Source of the DNA: Tubiluchus corallicola
Lineage: Eukaryota > Animalia > Priapulida
NCBI GenBank assembly: GCA_030141605.1
Contig: JAQGDQ010000477.1
Span: forward strand, 62,001 to 126,000
Direction of reading: 5' to 3'
DNA length: 64,000 bases
Positions 14,493 to 27,900 of the stretch are shown one piece after another (position 1 is the stretch's first letter; the number at the start of each line of letters is the position of its first letter). The notes beneath the pieces were generated by a model, which saw nothing but the letters and a program-made list of their open reading frames with translations, did no database searches and had not been told where the DNA came from. The translations under genes were made by a program, and so were the position numbers.

Positions 14493-14590
14493 TTGTCACT
14501 CTCTCCTTCTCTGTCTGTCTCTCTCTCTTTCTCATTGTCTCTCTCCCCCCCCTCTCTCTCTCTCTCTCTTTCTCTCTCGCTCTCTCTCTT

Positions 14591-14686
<96 letters not shown>

Positions 14687-14690
14687 CTTC
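14168..14690. repeat. Interrupted (CT)n microsatellite
   Basis: Direct inspection; includes a duplicated interruption tttgtcactctctccttctctgtctgtc. Confidence 0.97.
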
Positions 14691-14704
14691 CTAAAACATT
14701 TGCT

Positions 14705-14784
14705 AATCATATTTAATTGTAAGATTTTATTGCAAATGTACAATTGCATATTTGGACTGAATAAATCTAATCTAATCTAATCTA
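14705..14784 (+). mobile_element. Probable non-LTR retrotransposon 3' tail
   Basis: AATAAA immediately followed by (TCTAA)n, a tail style typical of CR1/L2-group LINEs. Confidence 0.4.
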
Positions 14785-15331
14785 CTTTTTATCAAATTTT
14801 GGCCTCAATAAACCTAATTGTATGAACTGTCTCTCTCATTTTGAAGTTACGCAATTACTGCGCAAACACGTCCATCGTGCAGAACCAGCGCATCGACAAT
14901 TTAGCTAATTTAGAAGCTGTTTCATCAAATACGTGACATTAACACACTGTCAAAGCAAACACGATGTTGTTTGAATTCTTGCAGATAGCTAAATGTCAAT
15001 AAGTCGAACATTTAACAGATATTTACAAGACTAAGAAACATCGCCTTTTTCTCAGTTTGAACTTCCGAGAGCACCGATCTTATCAACACTCGAGACTAAA
15101 TAATGTTCGGGCCATGACCAGCCTTTACACTTTGCTCTGCAAGTGTGGAAGGTTAGACGTAACCCAGACTGTATTTTTATAAACTGAGTCAAATGCCAAT
15201 AACTTCTTCTGGCACATAAATATACCACTATTCCGCGGGGAAAGAAAAATTTCTTCTGACTAATATACACTCGATCCTTAATTTAGATATCTGTCATATA
15301 TATAGCGAATTATATGGGGAAAGAAAGGGTA

Positions 15332-15541
15332 AAAAACTTTCCACACAAACTGATATTACTTCGCATTACGCTTACCTGTTTCAAAGACTTATGTAACTAG
15401 GAAAAAATTCCTAATAGTTTAAAATGGTCACATCACCTGGTAAAGCGCTACTGACCACTTTTCCAGTGTCCACTGTTGGCTCACCGAAAAACACATTATT
15501 GATCTTTTTCGAAAAGATAAACTAACTTATACTTTTTCTTA
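15332..15541 (+). mobile_element. Family A transposon, truncated copy
   Basis: ttccacacaaac...gcttacctgtttcaaagacttatg...ccagtgtccactgttggctcacc matches the copies at 33.0-33.5 kb (rc) and 38.3 kb. Confidence 0.7.
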
Positions 15542-15733
<192 letters not shown>

Positions 15734-18439
15734 GTTGGTTTGTCCTAAACATATTCTATTGCAACGAAAGAAAGGGGAGAATTTAAATTACTGTCACACA
15801 CTTGGCGTTTTAGGTCAAAATAAACACGCCCCAAATAGTTACTGAAGCCATCCATCGGGGCCAGAAAGCAGCCTTGTCCTGCCTTGCAACATTTCTTCTG
15901 GAGGCCCTGACCCAGCTTCTCTATTTCGAAAAAGTAGATGGGTGCGGAGTTTAATTTTATATTGAATAAGGCAATTCTGTACAAACGTAGTTAAACATCT
16001 AGATCACTTTTTAAACTGGTTGATTCTATAAGTCTCACTACTACAACTGCTGGGTTAAATGTTTTAAAATGACCTGCACAAGCAGGGTCAGATATTATCT
16101 GGCGTAAATAATTTGACACGCTGCGCCCCTGTTTCAGGAAATCACTCATATATAAGTCAAAGCCACGTTTTTTACTAGGGCCTGTTCCTGTTCTGTTCGG
16201 TTCGGTACTTCGCTACTTCCACTAAAATGGATGTGATTTTTTTCTCAACTAAATACAATTTACGTTTGTTCAACTTTAATTTATGGATTTCGAGTCTATT
16301 CTGCACCATTTTAATGTCATATAGTGGTTGTGGACGGTGCTGCTAACAGACCTTCAGGGTTAAATTTAAAATATGCGACGTAAGTGACGTTAGTCATTGT
16401 TTTTGAATCCGTTTATTTTCAAAGGACGAATATACTATAGCTGATTTAAGGAAACAAGAGCAGTAATCGCTTGAATCATTAATTACACCAAAAAGCCAGG
16501 TGTATTATTATCAGTGAGCATGCGCAGACGAGCACTAAATAGAACTGCGCATGCTCGCTCAGAAAATGTTAAACAAATACTTGTATTTGCCTGAAACTTT
16601 CTCAAACAGTTTTGATTAAATCCTCAAAAGCCAGACATTAATAAAATTTCGAAGTTTTTTAAGCAAGTGGGCAAAGTAAACTGCTCTGTGTGTCTGTTTT
16701 CACAAGCAATACCCGTAAAAATACGAACACAACACGATGTAAGAAGAGCCAGGACCTGTAATAACTGCTTTTAAAACTTATAAGAAACTCGTATCTAGTA
16801 AAGAATCACAGACGACGTAAGAACTTTGGCAAACACTTTGCTTGCAAAACAACAATATTCTGCTTTTGAGGGCAATCTTGAAGAAACTTTAACCCATAGC
16901 AAACAGTCCCAGACAAACAACACGAGTGTTAACTTCATTAGGCAGACTTTTAAACCTTTTCAAACGGCTGCAGTAGTTTAAAGGCTTTAGTAGTTCAGGT
17001 ATATCGACAGCAGGCAATAACCAAACACGTGAATGGTTCGAGCACAAACATGCATTCCATGCGTTTAAATGGAAACTAAAGGATTAGACTTCGCAGCAAG
17101 GGTTCAAGGCTTACTGACCAGCGCTCCCTGTTTGCTCAGCGGAATGAGCAGCTGAAATTTCGCTCTGGGACAATGTCCACTTTATGTCAGATAGCCTACC
17201 ACGTTATATGGCAGTGGGTCATTGCCGAATGATGAACCATCCCGGGGAATATGGGGATTGCTTACACAGGACGCCCTGAAAGGATTCTGGATTCGTGCGG
17301 TTACAGAAATTGTATTCTTACTTTTGTGTTCCCTAAAACGACAAAAATGTTTTTCCAAGAGCGACAAAAGTATTGCAGGAGTCTGAAGGTCATCCGGGAT
17401 GGGTGCCATTGACCACAGGAGCTCATCCTGTATGTGGGTTTAAACACGACAGCTGCTGCACTGAGGACGGTAATAATAGTCTAGAAGTCAATGGTAGTTT
17501 TTACGCTAATGGGCCGCGGCAATTTGGACTATCGACACACGGCGAGCTGTCACTTGACAAGACAACAGCAGGTGCAAAGATGTGCCTTAGTTACACCTGA
17601 ACAATCAGACTGATTCTTAGATGACCACATAGCTAAAGGCTAGAAAATTGCTTCGACGCGAGGCAGAATGTACCTCTAGAAAGTCGACCAGGTTTGATGG
17701 GCAGCCTGCCACGCGCGATGTAGCATGTATGGAGAACGTGGCCTTCGCCTTAGGTCCTGGCATACACACATTATACACACGAATTAAAAGGCTGGAATGT
17801 TATAGCTATAAGAACACCTGCTCTCATGACTTTATAGTTTTCCAGATCTGAGACATGCAAACGTGTTATGGATCCTTCTAAAAGTTTAAAACTGAATTTA
17901 ATTAGCACACATTAACACACACAACCTCCTTCCAAAGGACGTTTCCATAGCAACGTGCCTTAATTGCAAACTATGCACCTAAAACCGGGAAAATAAACTT
18001 CGAAACTTTTTTCGCTTGCCCTGCGCCTTTCTGCCGTATTAATCTGAGGACTGTGCTAGAATACTAAGCAGGTACGATCGCGGTAAAATAATATTGATGA
18101 AAAATGGTACTCTGAGTACTCCTTGGCGGAGACCTGCCCTTTAAATCCCCCTTGATAGCATTAAACATGCAGACTTTTATGATGAGATTTTTAAAGTGAT
18201 TTCTGCTTTTCAAGCTTGCGCAAATTGATAACGCTTACGTCTCTTCAGTCGGGTTTTATTATAAGTGGTTCATTTATAACAAAATGCATGAACATTAGTT
18301 ATCACTATATTAGTATTAATCGTGCAGGCGGTGAGAAAAGAAGGCAGAGACGATTTATTTTAGCCAGGAGAAATGACTGCCGCCGCCGTTACAACTAAGA
18401 AAGAGTTTGCAGTGCTGGTGGGAAAAATTTCCTCTAGAA

Positions 18440-19005
18440 ATTTACAGAAAAAAATAAGAAGAGAAATTAGTTAAAATATTAACAAGAATGACATACATTA
18501 AACGTACATAAAAAATTACATTCTAATGGGCAAAAATTTTCGAGCTTATAAAAACATCACTATTGCAAATTACATGTTTTAATAAAGCATTAGAAGAGTT
18601 TAAAATACGACACCTAAGATTGTACGTAGATTTGCATAAACTAACTTTAAAATAATTGATATCATTTTCTACACATACTGTAGAATCTCGAGTGTCATAT
18701 TTACATTTGAAGAATTTTACAACAGCTGAGTAGTAAGCAGACTTTAGCTTGCAAAGTTTGCATAAGTAATAATTCGTACAAGTAATCACAGAACACAGTT
18801 TGTAAATTGTGGCAACTAGCAATGACTAGGTGAATAGTCTCTTTTACGAACGCCAATGCAGTCCTTCTGATGAGTGTTAATGCATCGCTTTTAAGTCGAT
18901 ATTCAACTCTCTTTCTGTGTTAGGAAGTATGTGAACAAGATTCAAATTAAAATGTAACTTATTTCCCTATGTCCGAACATTATAAATTAGCACAAATTAG
19001 TAAAA
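18440..19005 (-). mobile_element. Truncated, degenerate LINE 3' end (CR1/L2-group ORF2 C-terminus plus 3' UTR), copy 1
   Basis: Near-identical inverted partner at 20160-20725. The peptide KLKSAYYSAVVKFF...STVCVENDINYFKVSLCKSTYNLRCRILNSSNALL resembles, from memory, the C-terminal KLxxAYN...SASxMFVxNxIxxF...RxxxSxNxII region of L2/Daphne/Crack-type ORF2. Confidence 0.6.
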
Positions 19006-19225
19006 AAAATTAGGTTACTGAGGAACTTAGGGGTAGGGGAGCTTTCAGATTTCTTTTTTTGTTTAATGACGTAATATTATTTTTGATGTTTCATAGTTCT
19101 ACACAATAGTAGTAAAACTCTCCCACAATAATATTTGCCCTAGTTTTTCAAATAAACTATGCGGGTAAACTCTTTGCCTCCTTTACAGATCTTGCTGGTG
19201 GTCGTATATACGTACATATACGTAT

Positions 19226-19673
19226 TAGGGGTGAACATTCTCTACCGGAAAGCGAATTCGGATCGAATCGAATTTGTGACGTTCGAATTCGAAACGAACC
19301 GAATTTTAATATTTCGAATTCAGATTTCGATATCGGTTCGAAATAGGGTTCGATTTCGGATTGAAAGATCTTCGAACAAGTTTTCGAATCACCAGTAAAA
19401 ATTAATCTTACAAAGATCGTGCATATTACTCGATTTTGTTTTACAATAAAACCACTAATAATTTGTTTAAAATTTATTCTTTTATTTAAAATTTGTTTAA
19501 AATTTAAATTAATTCTAAATTATGCTAATTACACGATGTTTCAATCGTTTTAGCGATAAAGAACGTATGTGATTGAAGTGCTGAATTATTCGAATCTAAA
19601 GTTTTAACTTCGAATCGAATTCCAACTAAAAAACTCGTTCGAATCGAATTCGAACATTCGATGCTCACCCCTA
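19226..19673. mobile_element. hAT-type MITE
   Basis: TIRs TAGGGGTGAACAT / ATGCTCACCCCTA. 8-bp TSD atacgtat / atatgtat (1 mismatch). Many subterminal ttcgaa/cgaat motifs. Confidence 0.88.
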
Positions 19674-20159
19674 ATATGTATGAATAAATAGATTCAGTAA
19701 CAAACTGCAAAAATTTGTGTAAAAAACCTTCTGATTTTCAGTAAATTAAAACATTTTTTTGAAAAAGGCATCAGCTCAAAATATTTCTCACATTTTTCAG
19801 TGTCACGTTATTTCTTGCAGTGCTGTTTGCTTAAACCAAAGCTATGTAAAATTGTTTATATTGTGTAATGTTTGTACAGACATTTTTGGCCGCAAAAGAG
19901 ACCAATAAAGACATCATATCATCAACATCATCATCATCATCGTCAGTCACTACGTAGGCATAGTGCGTACAGTATTCATACCATTATCCTCGACTGGTTT
20001 TTAATTACATTAGTAGACACTAATAAATGTTTAATGTACATAACGATACAACGTACCACATGCATAATTTTAACACACTACAAACAGTTTATGCAAATAG
20101 ATACTTGTATAGTATCCTGATTACCTGTAAAAATAAAACAACTCTTTTTCACATTTTTA

Positions 20160-20822
20160 ACTACTTAATCTTGTACTAATTTATAATGTTCCGACATATG
20201 GAAATAAGTTACATTTGATTTTAAATCTTGTTCACCTACTTCCTAGAACAGAAAGAGAGTTGAATACCAACTTAAAAGCGATGCGTCAACATTCATTAGA
20301 AGGACTGTATTGACGTTCGTAAAAGGGACTATTCACTCAGTCATTGCTAGTTGCCACAATTTACAAACTGCGTTCTGTGATTACTTGTACGAATTATTAC
20401 TTATGCAAACTTTGTAAGCTAAAGTCTGCTTACTACTCAGCTGTTGTAAAATTCTTCAAATGTAAATATGACACGCGAGCTTCTATAGTATGTGTAGAAA
20501 ATGATATCAATTATTTTAAAGTTAGTTTATGCAAATGTACGTATAATCTTAGGTGTCGTGTCTTAAACTCTTCTAATGGTTTATTAAAACATGTAATTTG
20601 CAAGAGTGATGTTTTTATAAGCTCGAAAATTTTTGCCCATTAGAATGTAATTTTTTATGTACGTTTAATGTATGTCATTCTTGTTAAAATTTTAACTAAT
20701 TTTTCTTCTTATTTTTTCTGTAAAATGTAAGTTTATGTTTCTATAATTAGTTTATTTACTAATTATTGCATTTTTAAGGATTAAGACTATGTCTACGAGT
20801 TGAAATAAAGAGTGAAATAAAT
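20160..20822 (+). mobile_element. Truncated, degenerate LINE 3' end, copy 2 (retains 3' UTR with AATAAA)
   Basis: ORF 20344-20643 is nearly identical to ORF 18523-18822(-). The copy ends in gaaataaagagtgaaataaa. Confidence 0.6.
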
Positions 20823-21993
20823 TATTAATCAGTTATTATAATCTAGCTGCTAATCTTCTATCCAGGACCCCAAGAACTTCGTCAGAAAGTTCAGATCTGA
20901 AACAGGTTCGCCTGTCTTCCAGCCCACTCCGGAGAATTTCAGTTATATTCCCAGAAATGATACGACTGTCTCATACTTGGCATGCGACTCCCATGCGAAA
21001 CTTCTAGATTTTTACTAGTTTATAATTCTTGCACGTAGCTGACTAAGTGTGCTTTATGTAATTCAGCACCGACTCATTGAAAAATGCCTCCAAGCAAATC
21101 GTAACCGTCCGTCGATGTATGAATTTTTAATTACAAAACACTGTCTCCCACGCACCTCTCATTGACTGCAAGGGACTCCACCTGTTTTTCCGACATGTCA
21201 CTGGGGGAATACGCCTTCAACATTACCCGGTTTTACGATACCATAAAGCACTTGCAATTGTACTTGCACATTTATCCACAATGTCATAAAGATGATTTAT
21301 ATAAAGGCCAAAAATGAAGTCATTCGCGCAAATGCAATTTGGACAATTAAATTTGCGTAATATGTGAAAATAAAAATGTTGTCGGATTTTAATGTGTCAA
21401 AGCGTAATGAATATTAGCCTTTTCAAGTTGTCGTCCTGTTAATAATATTAATTTTATAACACGTTTATTATTTAGTCAATTTAAACAAGCGTTTTAAAGG
21501 CATCTGTTACTAAAAACAACGCAACTTGAAAACATTAATTTACAACAGTTTAAAAAAAAGTTAGCAGCTTCAATGCTGCGTACCATGGCACAGCGTGCAT
21601 TTCATCTAGAACTGGTAAGAAATTTAGAAATTCTCCTCAATCCAGCATTAATGATCATATTCGCGCCTCTGGATCGCAAGCTAATTTTAATCAAATCAGC
21701 ATTGGGACCAGAGTTAGAAATAACTGAGATTTGTTAATAAAAGAAAGTTTATCTATGTGTCCTAATAAGCCTTCTCTTGATGTGTAAATGTGTCTTAATG
21801 TGTAAATGAGTCTTAATGATAGTTCTACTAACTTTACGTTCAAACACTTAGCTATCTGTTACTGTATCAATTTCTTTTCTACTGGTCTGTTTATTCATCA
21901 CTTTGGCTTCTTTGTAAATACATAATTAGTGCATAATTTTCTATGCTCAAGGCTCTGCCTATATAAACTGGTTGTTGTTTGTGTAGTGAACCA

Positions 21994-22034
21994 CTGATGA
22001 TGACAGCTGATTGCTGTCGAAACGTTCGAACGTG
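21994..22034 (+). ncRNA. Hammerhead ribozyme-like core (Penelope pLTR-type minimal HHR), possibly inactive
   Basis: CTGATGA-T, stem II GACAGC/tgatt/GCTGTC (6 perfect bp), GAAA, then palindromic ACGTTCGAACGT. Stem I is not convincing. Confidence 0.6.
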
Positions 22035-22140
22035 TTTTTTAAAGATCAAACTTTGAGTCAATAGGTTCAGTTGGTTAATTGGGTCAAAACACTTCGGTCC
22101 CAAAGTGAGTCTATTAAGCGACGACTACTTTACTTCACAA

Positions 22141-22243
22141 CTACTGCCATATCACGTTGAAAACACCGGTTCTCGTCTGATCACCGAAGTTAAGCAACGT
22201 AGAGTCTGGTTAGTACATGGATGGGTGACCGCCTATAGACTTT
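22141..22243 (+). pseudogene. 5S rRNA pseudogene with an internal 3' deletion
   Basis: ccatatcacgttgaaaacaccggttctcgtctgatcaccgaagttaagcaacgtagagtctggttagtacatggatgggtgaccgcct matches invertebrate 5S rRNA. The gggaatacc...gtg segment is missing but terminal tagacttt is present. Confidence 0.9.
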
Positions 22244-23132
22244 AAATACTAAAGTAAATGATACATGATGTAAAGTATTTGCTTTAGCGAGACAACATGT
22301 AATCATACTATCTATCCCATATGTCCTATAGCAAAACAAGTTTTAAAATTTATAGTTGTTAATTAATAATTACCAGTAATCATAGGACAATAAAAGTAAT
22401 AAACGGCACCTTCACTACAAATGGTAACTACCTTTAGCACCTTATAAGAAGTTATAATGACATAATATCGAACAAAAAATTTTTGGATACCTGGAGAAAT
22501 AATATTTTATCGAAAAAGTTTTTATTGTTGATGACATAATTATGTCGTATAAGATTTGTCAAGGAAATTTTCATGATAAACCGTGTCGTGTCATGTTGCT
22601 GTCACGCTACATGAAATGTCGATGTCTTTTCCTTTAATTCATAATGGTCTACTCTTAAATAAACGTAATGCAAGCTACAAGAAATACTGAGCATTCCCAT
22701 GGATGGGAAGTGTCATCTGACAGGTGTCTCTATACCTGTTAAATTTGTTTCCCGCGCCCGCATGGTCAGTTACCTGAGGGTTCTGTCGTGACCTGTGACC
22801 TCGCTCAAACCGTTAAGATGGGACATACGTGTAATGACAGATGTTATGTCTGCATAGTAAAAATTTGGCACCCATATATCTCAGGGTGCACATTGCCCAT
22901 GCGCAGTAATCTATCAAGCACATTAGTGAGGAAACAACAAGATTAAAGATCGATGTTTCTTCGACAAACCTCTCAGCTGTATATATAGCAGCAAAAATGA
23001 ATATGCAAAAATAGAAATAAAACTTACATTTGCCTAAAGTTATCTGAACCTAAGCTGAACTAACCTATTTCTTGGTGTTAGAAACAATAACGACGTGATT
23101 AATTGTGAAGCTAACTGTACAGATTGTTTAAT

Positions 23133-23342
<210 letters not shown>

Positions 23343-24437
23343 ATTCACTCTTCTTACCTGCCTTATAAATAAGCAACCGGCGTATTCAAGCCTTGGTCGA
23401 GAAAAGACGTTTTTTTCATACTTTTAGGGCATGAACATCTCCTACTTTGCCCAAGTTTCGCTAGTTGTTTCTGTGACTGAGAAAAGCAACAATTTTGACG
23501 AATCTGTCCTAATTTGAAATTAGAAATAGAAAAGTTTATAAACTTCATTTTTAATTAAGCGAGTTTCATTTTGCATTGGTTAAGCAACCGTAACTTTAAA
23601 CAACAGAAGCTAATGACGTTTATTAGAAAAGCAAGCTCTTGTTTGAAAAAATATTAAAACACTATACGTAGAAACGTCAAAATTAATAATCTAGATTACT
23701 GTCGCCACGGCGCCATCTTCTAAGCGCATCATCAACGTCATCAAGACTGGCTTACCAACTGATTAGGCTTGCTAATTTCCGCCACATAATTATGTCTAGC
23801 TCGCCGAATGTTTTTCTAACAAAATTTCTTCTAAGTCCGCCTGACAACTCAAACCCGTGGGGTGGCTGACAAAATATTTACCCGTCTAGAGCACTTGGCT
23901 ACCTGTTTTCCAACTTTCCAGCCGCTGATTCCTAACTTTTGTCTGCGCCATTTAAAAAATATTTGTTTATGGATGTATTTTTGCTGAACAGGTAGTATAG
24001 GCGAGAAAATGTGTTCAAGGCGTGTTGACGTAGCCATTGTCAACATGTGGAAAGTTGCAAAATTGTATTCGATAGCGGAGTAGACACCACGTGAGAGCAT
24101 TCGACATCATTTAAAAGATGTTTTGGCAACTATTTACACTGGACAATGGTAACCAGGTCACTGCAAATCAAGGTCAAGACATTTTCCACTGTCCACGATC
24201 GTAAGATCGTTGAGCACACATTGGAAAGGGTAGAAAAATACGTGGAACAGGTTCAACATTTCAACTATGTTAGCAACAATGTTAGCAATTCCTTGGCTCT
24301 TTCTGCTTGTTGTACTGACTGTAGCTGTTAGAAAAAATGCACAAACAAAACAGACTTTTGTGAATGGACACCCATGTATCCAACGTGCTACAAAGGATCA
24401 AATTCCGTATTAACATACATCCCAAAAACATTGATTA

Positions 24438-25541
24438 TTAAAGGAGAGCGGGGTGATTTTTTTATATCTCACCTCATTTTGAAGTAAGGTAAAAGTATAC
24501 TTGTTTACTTTTCGTTCAATAGCTGCATTTATAAATTGACTGCATTAGTTGCTTTTTGTGTATATTTGTCACATTATGATTACTGATTGCTTTTGTTCAT
24601 CTATTACATTTAAGACTTACTGCACACATTTTCTTCCTTTTTTGTTGTGAATTCATTATTTAACTACATTTTCGTTCATTTGCTGCATTTTAGTTCACTC
24701 GCTGCATTTATGATTTAACCAGATTGCTTGCTTTTTCTTGTTGCATTCATGACTTGTTCAGTTGTTGTTTTAATATTTAACTGCATTATTTACTTGCTTT
24801 TTTCCATTGGTATAATTATAATATAACTGCTTTGCATTTTGTTTATTTGCTACACTTAAGACCTAATCACGTATTTATCACTTAACCATGTAGTCTGCAG
24901 TGCTTTATAATATTTCTAAGTTATATAGGGGTGGCTGACTCGATGACCTCCTGGTCTTTCGCCACCCCATCTCTACATACTTTACATAATTTGTTGTATT
25001 TGCGGTATAAATATTATATTAGAGACAAATAAACCTTTTGAATTGAATTGTATTGAATTGAATATACACTATAACACCTATTTAATAATGCCAAAGCGTT
25101 TCTTATATTTAAATAATAGTTTAAAACCTTAAATTAATGGCGGGCAAGCCCAGTTACATCACAAGTGATGAGTGAAAACAATTTTCAACAGCAGCACAAA
25201 CATTCTACCAGCATTTCAGAAAGCTAAAATACAGAGCTATTGTACAGCATTCCGTGTGAAACACAAAACTTCGGCTAATTTTAAGTTCGAAATTCAAATT
25301 TCAGGTTTACCGCTGTGCTCACGAATGAGATCTCGAAGTGTGCACTACGTCACAATTGAACATCTCTGAACTTTTTGTTCAACGCGATTTGGAGATGCAG
25401 GCGCTGGTGTCCATCTAGCGTGAGAATAGCGAAATGCGTTTAAAAACGAAAAACAACGAAAAATAGCGTGTTGCCCTTTAATATTTCATAAGCTAAATCG
25501 TTTTGAGGCATATGTTAAAACTGAGTGCAGTTGTCCTTTAA
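24438..25541 (-). mobile_element. Family B TTAA-flanked transposon, diverged copy interrupted by a LINE fragment
   Basis: Ends ttaa-aggaga...tgtcct-ttaa. Segments 24438-24500 and 25063-25541 align with copy 50492-51119 (e.g. ttaatggcgggc, atgcaggcgctggtgtccatcta). Confidence 0.7.
24501..25062 (+). mobile_element. 5'-truncated non-LTR retrotransposon 3' UTR
   Basis: T-rich body, stem-loop GGGGTGGC(24928)...GCCACCCC(24968), AATAAA at 25028, (TTGAA)n tail, flanking direct repeat tatac. Confidence 0.7.
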
Positions 25542-25925
25542 ATTTTGAAATCATTGCAATAATGTTTACTTAAAAATGTACGAAGAGGCTGAAAAAGAAC
25601 TAATTTTCACCTGAATATTCTGTCGACCACATTAGGATTCCCGAATAGCACCTGCCCAAGATGAGACAGATGTTGCTGAAGAAATTAACGCCCGGGAGAC
25701 GGATAAGTTAGGCTACATTGTAGTAGTTAATTTGCAGTTAGCGACCACAATGACACATTTTCAACACATAAAATTGGAACATGCAGAGCCTGGAATCAAG
25801 CTGCTCAGTGGAAGTTGAAGTGATACTTGTGATGCCAACAGCTGCAAGTGCCAATCAAACTGTGTAGAACCTCCTCCCACACGTGTTTCACTTTTTTAGT
25901 GGCTGGCTCAGCCACTTACTAAATT

Positions 25926-26006
25926 GTGTTTGCTTGTTTGTTTGTTTGTTTGTTTGTTGTCAGTTTTTTTGCGTGCTTGCTTGCCTGTCTGCCTGCAGAC
26001 CTGTCC

Positions 26007-26046
<40 letters not shown>

Positions 26047-26133
26047 CCGTCTGTTTGCTTATTTGTCTGTCTGTCTATCTGTCTGTCTGTCTCCGTCTGT
26101 TTGCTTATTTGTCTGTCTGTCTATCTGTCTGTA

Positions 26134-26206
<73 letters not shown>

Positions 26207-26252
26207 CCGTCTGTTTGCTTATTTGTCTGTCTGTCTGTTTGTCTGTCTGTCT
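25926..26252. repeat. (TTTG)n/(TCTG)n tetranucleotide microsatellite
   Basis: Direct inspection. Confidence 0.95.
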
Positions 26253-27467
26253 CTCTGCATTGCCTTCTTTATACACTTTTCTCCTTCTTCTTGTTCTCCC
26301 CTTTATTCTTTCTTTTCTTGTCCCCTTTTCTTCTTACTTCATTCCTTTAATTCTTTCTATGCTTTTTTATACCTATTTTCATGTTTCCTTATTTTTCCTA
26401 TTATTTCCTTACTGTCATACTTCTGTTCTTGTCTCATTTTTTTAAATCTCCCTTTCCTTTCTCCCTTCATCACCTCGTCACCTCCTTTTTATTATCTCGT
26501 TTCCTCTTTCTTCTCGCGTCCATTCTTTGCTTTTCTGTTTTCTTCCCTCTTTCTTGTTTCTTCTTCTTGTCACATTCCTTTCATTCGCTTCCGGTTTTCC
26601 TTTCCCGCTTCCTTCTCGTCCATTTGTTCAAAGCATCTCTTACCCCAAACACACGCGGAGACGACGCTGCTAGCTTTTCTACATCACTTACCAAGTTGAC
26701 CTTCTTTCAAATTATTACGAACAGCTAAACTCTGCCAATGATACAACCGCCAAAAAAACTCTACTAGTTCCAGTCTGCAATTCTTGTTTACACAGAAAAG
26801 ACCAATTACCAAGATAATTCGATTTTATCGGAAAATTGCCCAAATAGATGGACTAATATAGCGAAAACGCCGACCAGCATGCTCTTATATTGAGCTTCAG
26901 CTAAATTTGGCTTGACAGTTCTATTATTTTCAAGCTTTTGTGGTGCGCAGGCGATTGCCACATACGCCGCTACTGCTCACCGAAGCTACATTGTGTGAAA
27001 TTGGATAAAAAATTTTAATATAATTATTGCTTTATAAGCAGGTGTAAACAGTAAAACTTTCACAAACGTTACTACAAAAAACTCCCTTTAAATTGAAATT
27101 TTATCTAGTATGAAGATAAAAAAGAACCAATATACGTGGCTTTATGAAAAATTTTACACAGAAAGTGCTGCCCAGCGTCAGTTAGACAATAATTACCAGA
27201 ACTAGTAGCAGCATCAGCAAAACAGGAAGTGATAACGGAAGTGATGGTGCAGATAATAGTAACAACGACGGTGACGACAACTACGGCCGTGCTGCCAATG
27301 ACAATGACGCTGATAACAATAATAACTTAACGGCAACAAAAAGGCAACAGTGGCAATAACAGCAACAGCAGCAACAGCAGCAACACTAGTGATCAAAAAA
27401 ACAGTAGCAGCAAAGTAGTAAGTAACAGTAGCAGCAGCAGCAGCAACAGCAGTGGAAGCAGCAGCGC

Positions 27468-27900
27468 CAGCAGTGGTACTGGCAACAGTAGCAGCAACAG
27501 CAACAGCAGTGGAAGCAGCAGTGCTACAACAATAATAACAACACCAGCAGTGGCACTGGCAACAGTAGCAGCAGCAGCAACAGCAGTGGAAGCAGCAGTG
27601 CTACAACAATAATAACAGCACCAGCAGTGGCACTGGCAACAGTAGCAGCAGCAGCAACAGCAGTGGAAGCAGCAGTGCTACAACAATAATAACAACACCA
27701 GCAGTGGCACTGGCAATAGTAGCAGCAGCAGCAACAGCAGTGGAAGCAGCAGTGCTACAACAATAATAACAGCACCAGCAGTGGTACTGGCAACAGTAGC
27801 AGCAGCAGCAACAGCAGTGGAAGCAGCAGTGCTACAACAATAATAACAGCGCCAGCGGTGGCACTGGCAACAGTAGCAGCAGCAGCAACAGCAGTGGAAG
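27468..27900. repeat. 77-bp CAG-rich minisatellite, ~5.5 copies
   Basis: cagcagtggcactgg starts at 27545, 27622 and 27699 (77-bp period). Confidence 0.92.

Noticed and set aside
15840-15925. Possible isolated coding exon (similar candidates at ~12130-12400, 17180-17600 and 20866-20990)
   Set aside because: Splice-like signals exist, but no recognisable protein similarity or coherent gene model could be built by eye.
16516-16556. 12-bp inverted repeat gagcatgcgcag / ctgcgcatgctc (NRF1-like sites)
   Set aside because: Short, with no extended arms and no associated gene.
18523-20643. Duplicated 99-aa Cys-rich ORFs as a small host gene pair
   Set aside because: Both have non-ATG (TTG) starts, the upstream frame is disrupted, and the peptide resembles a LINE ORF2 C-terminus.
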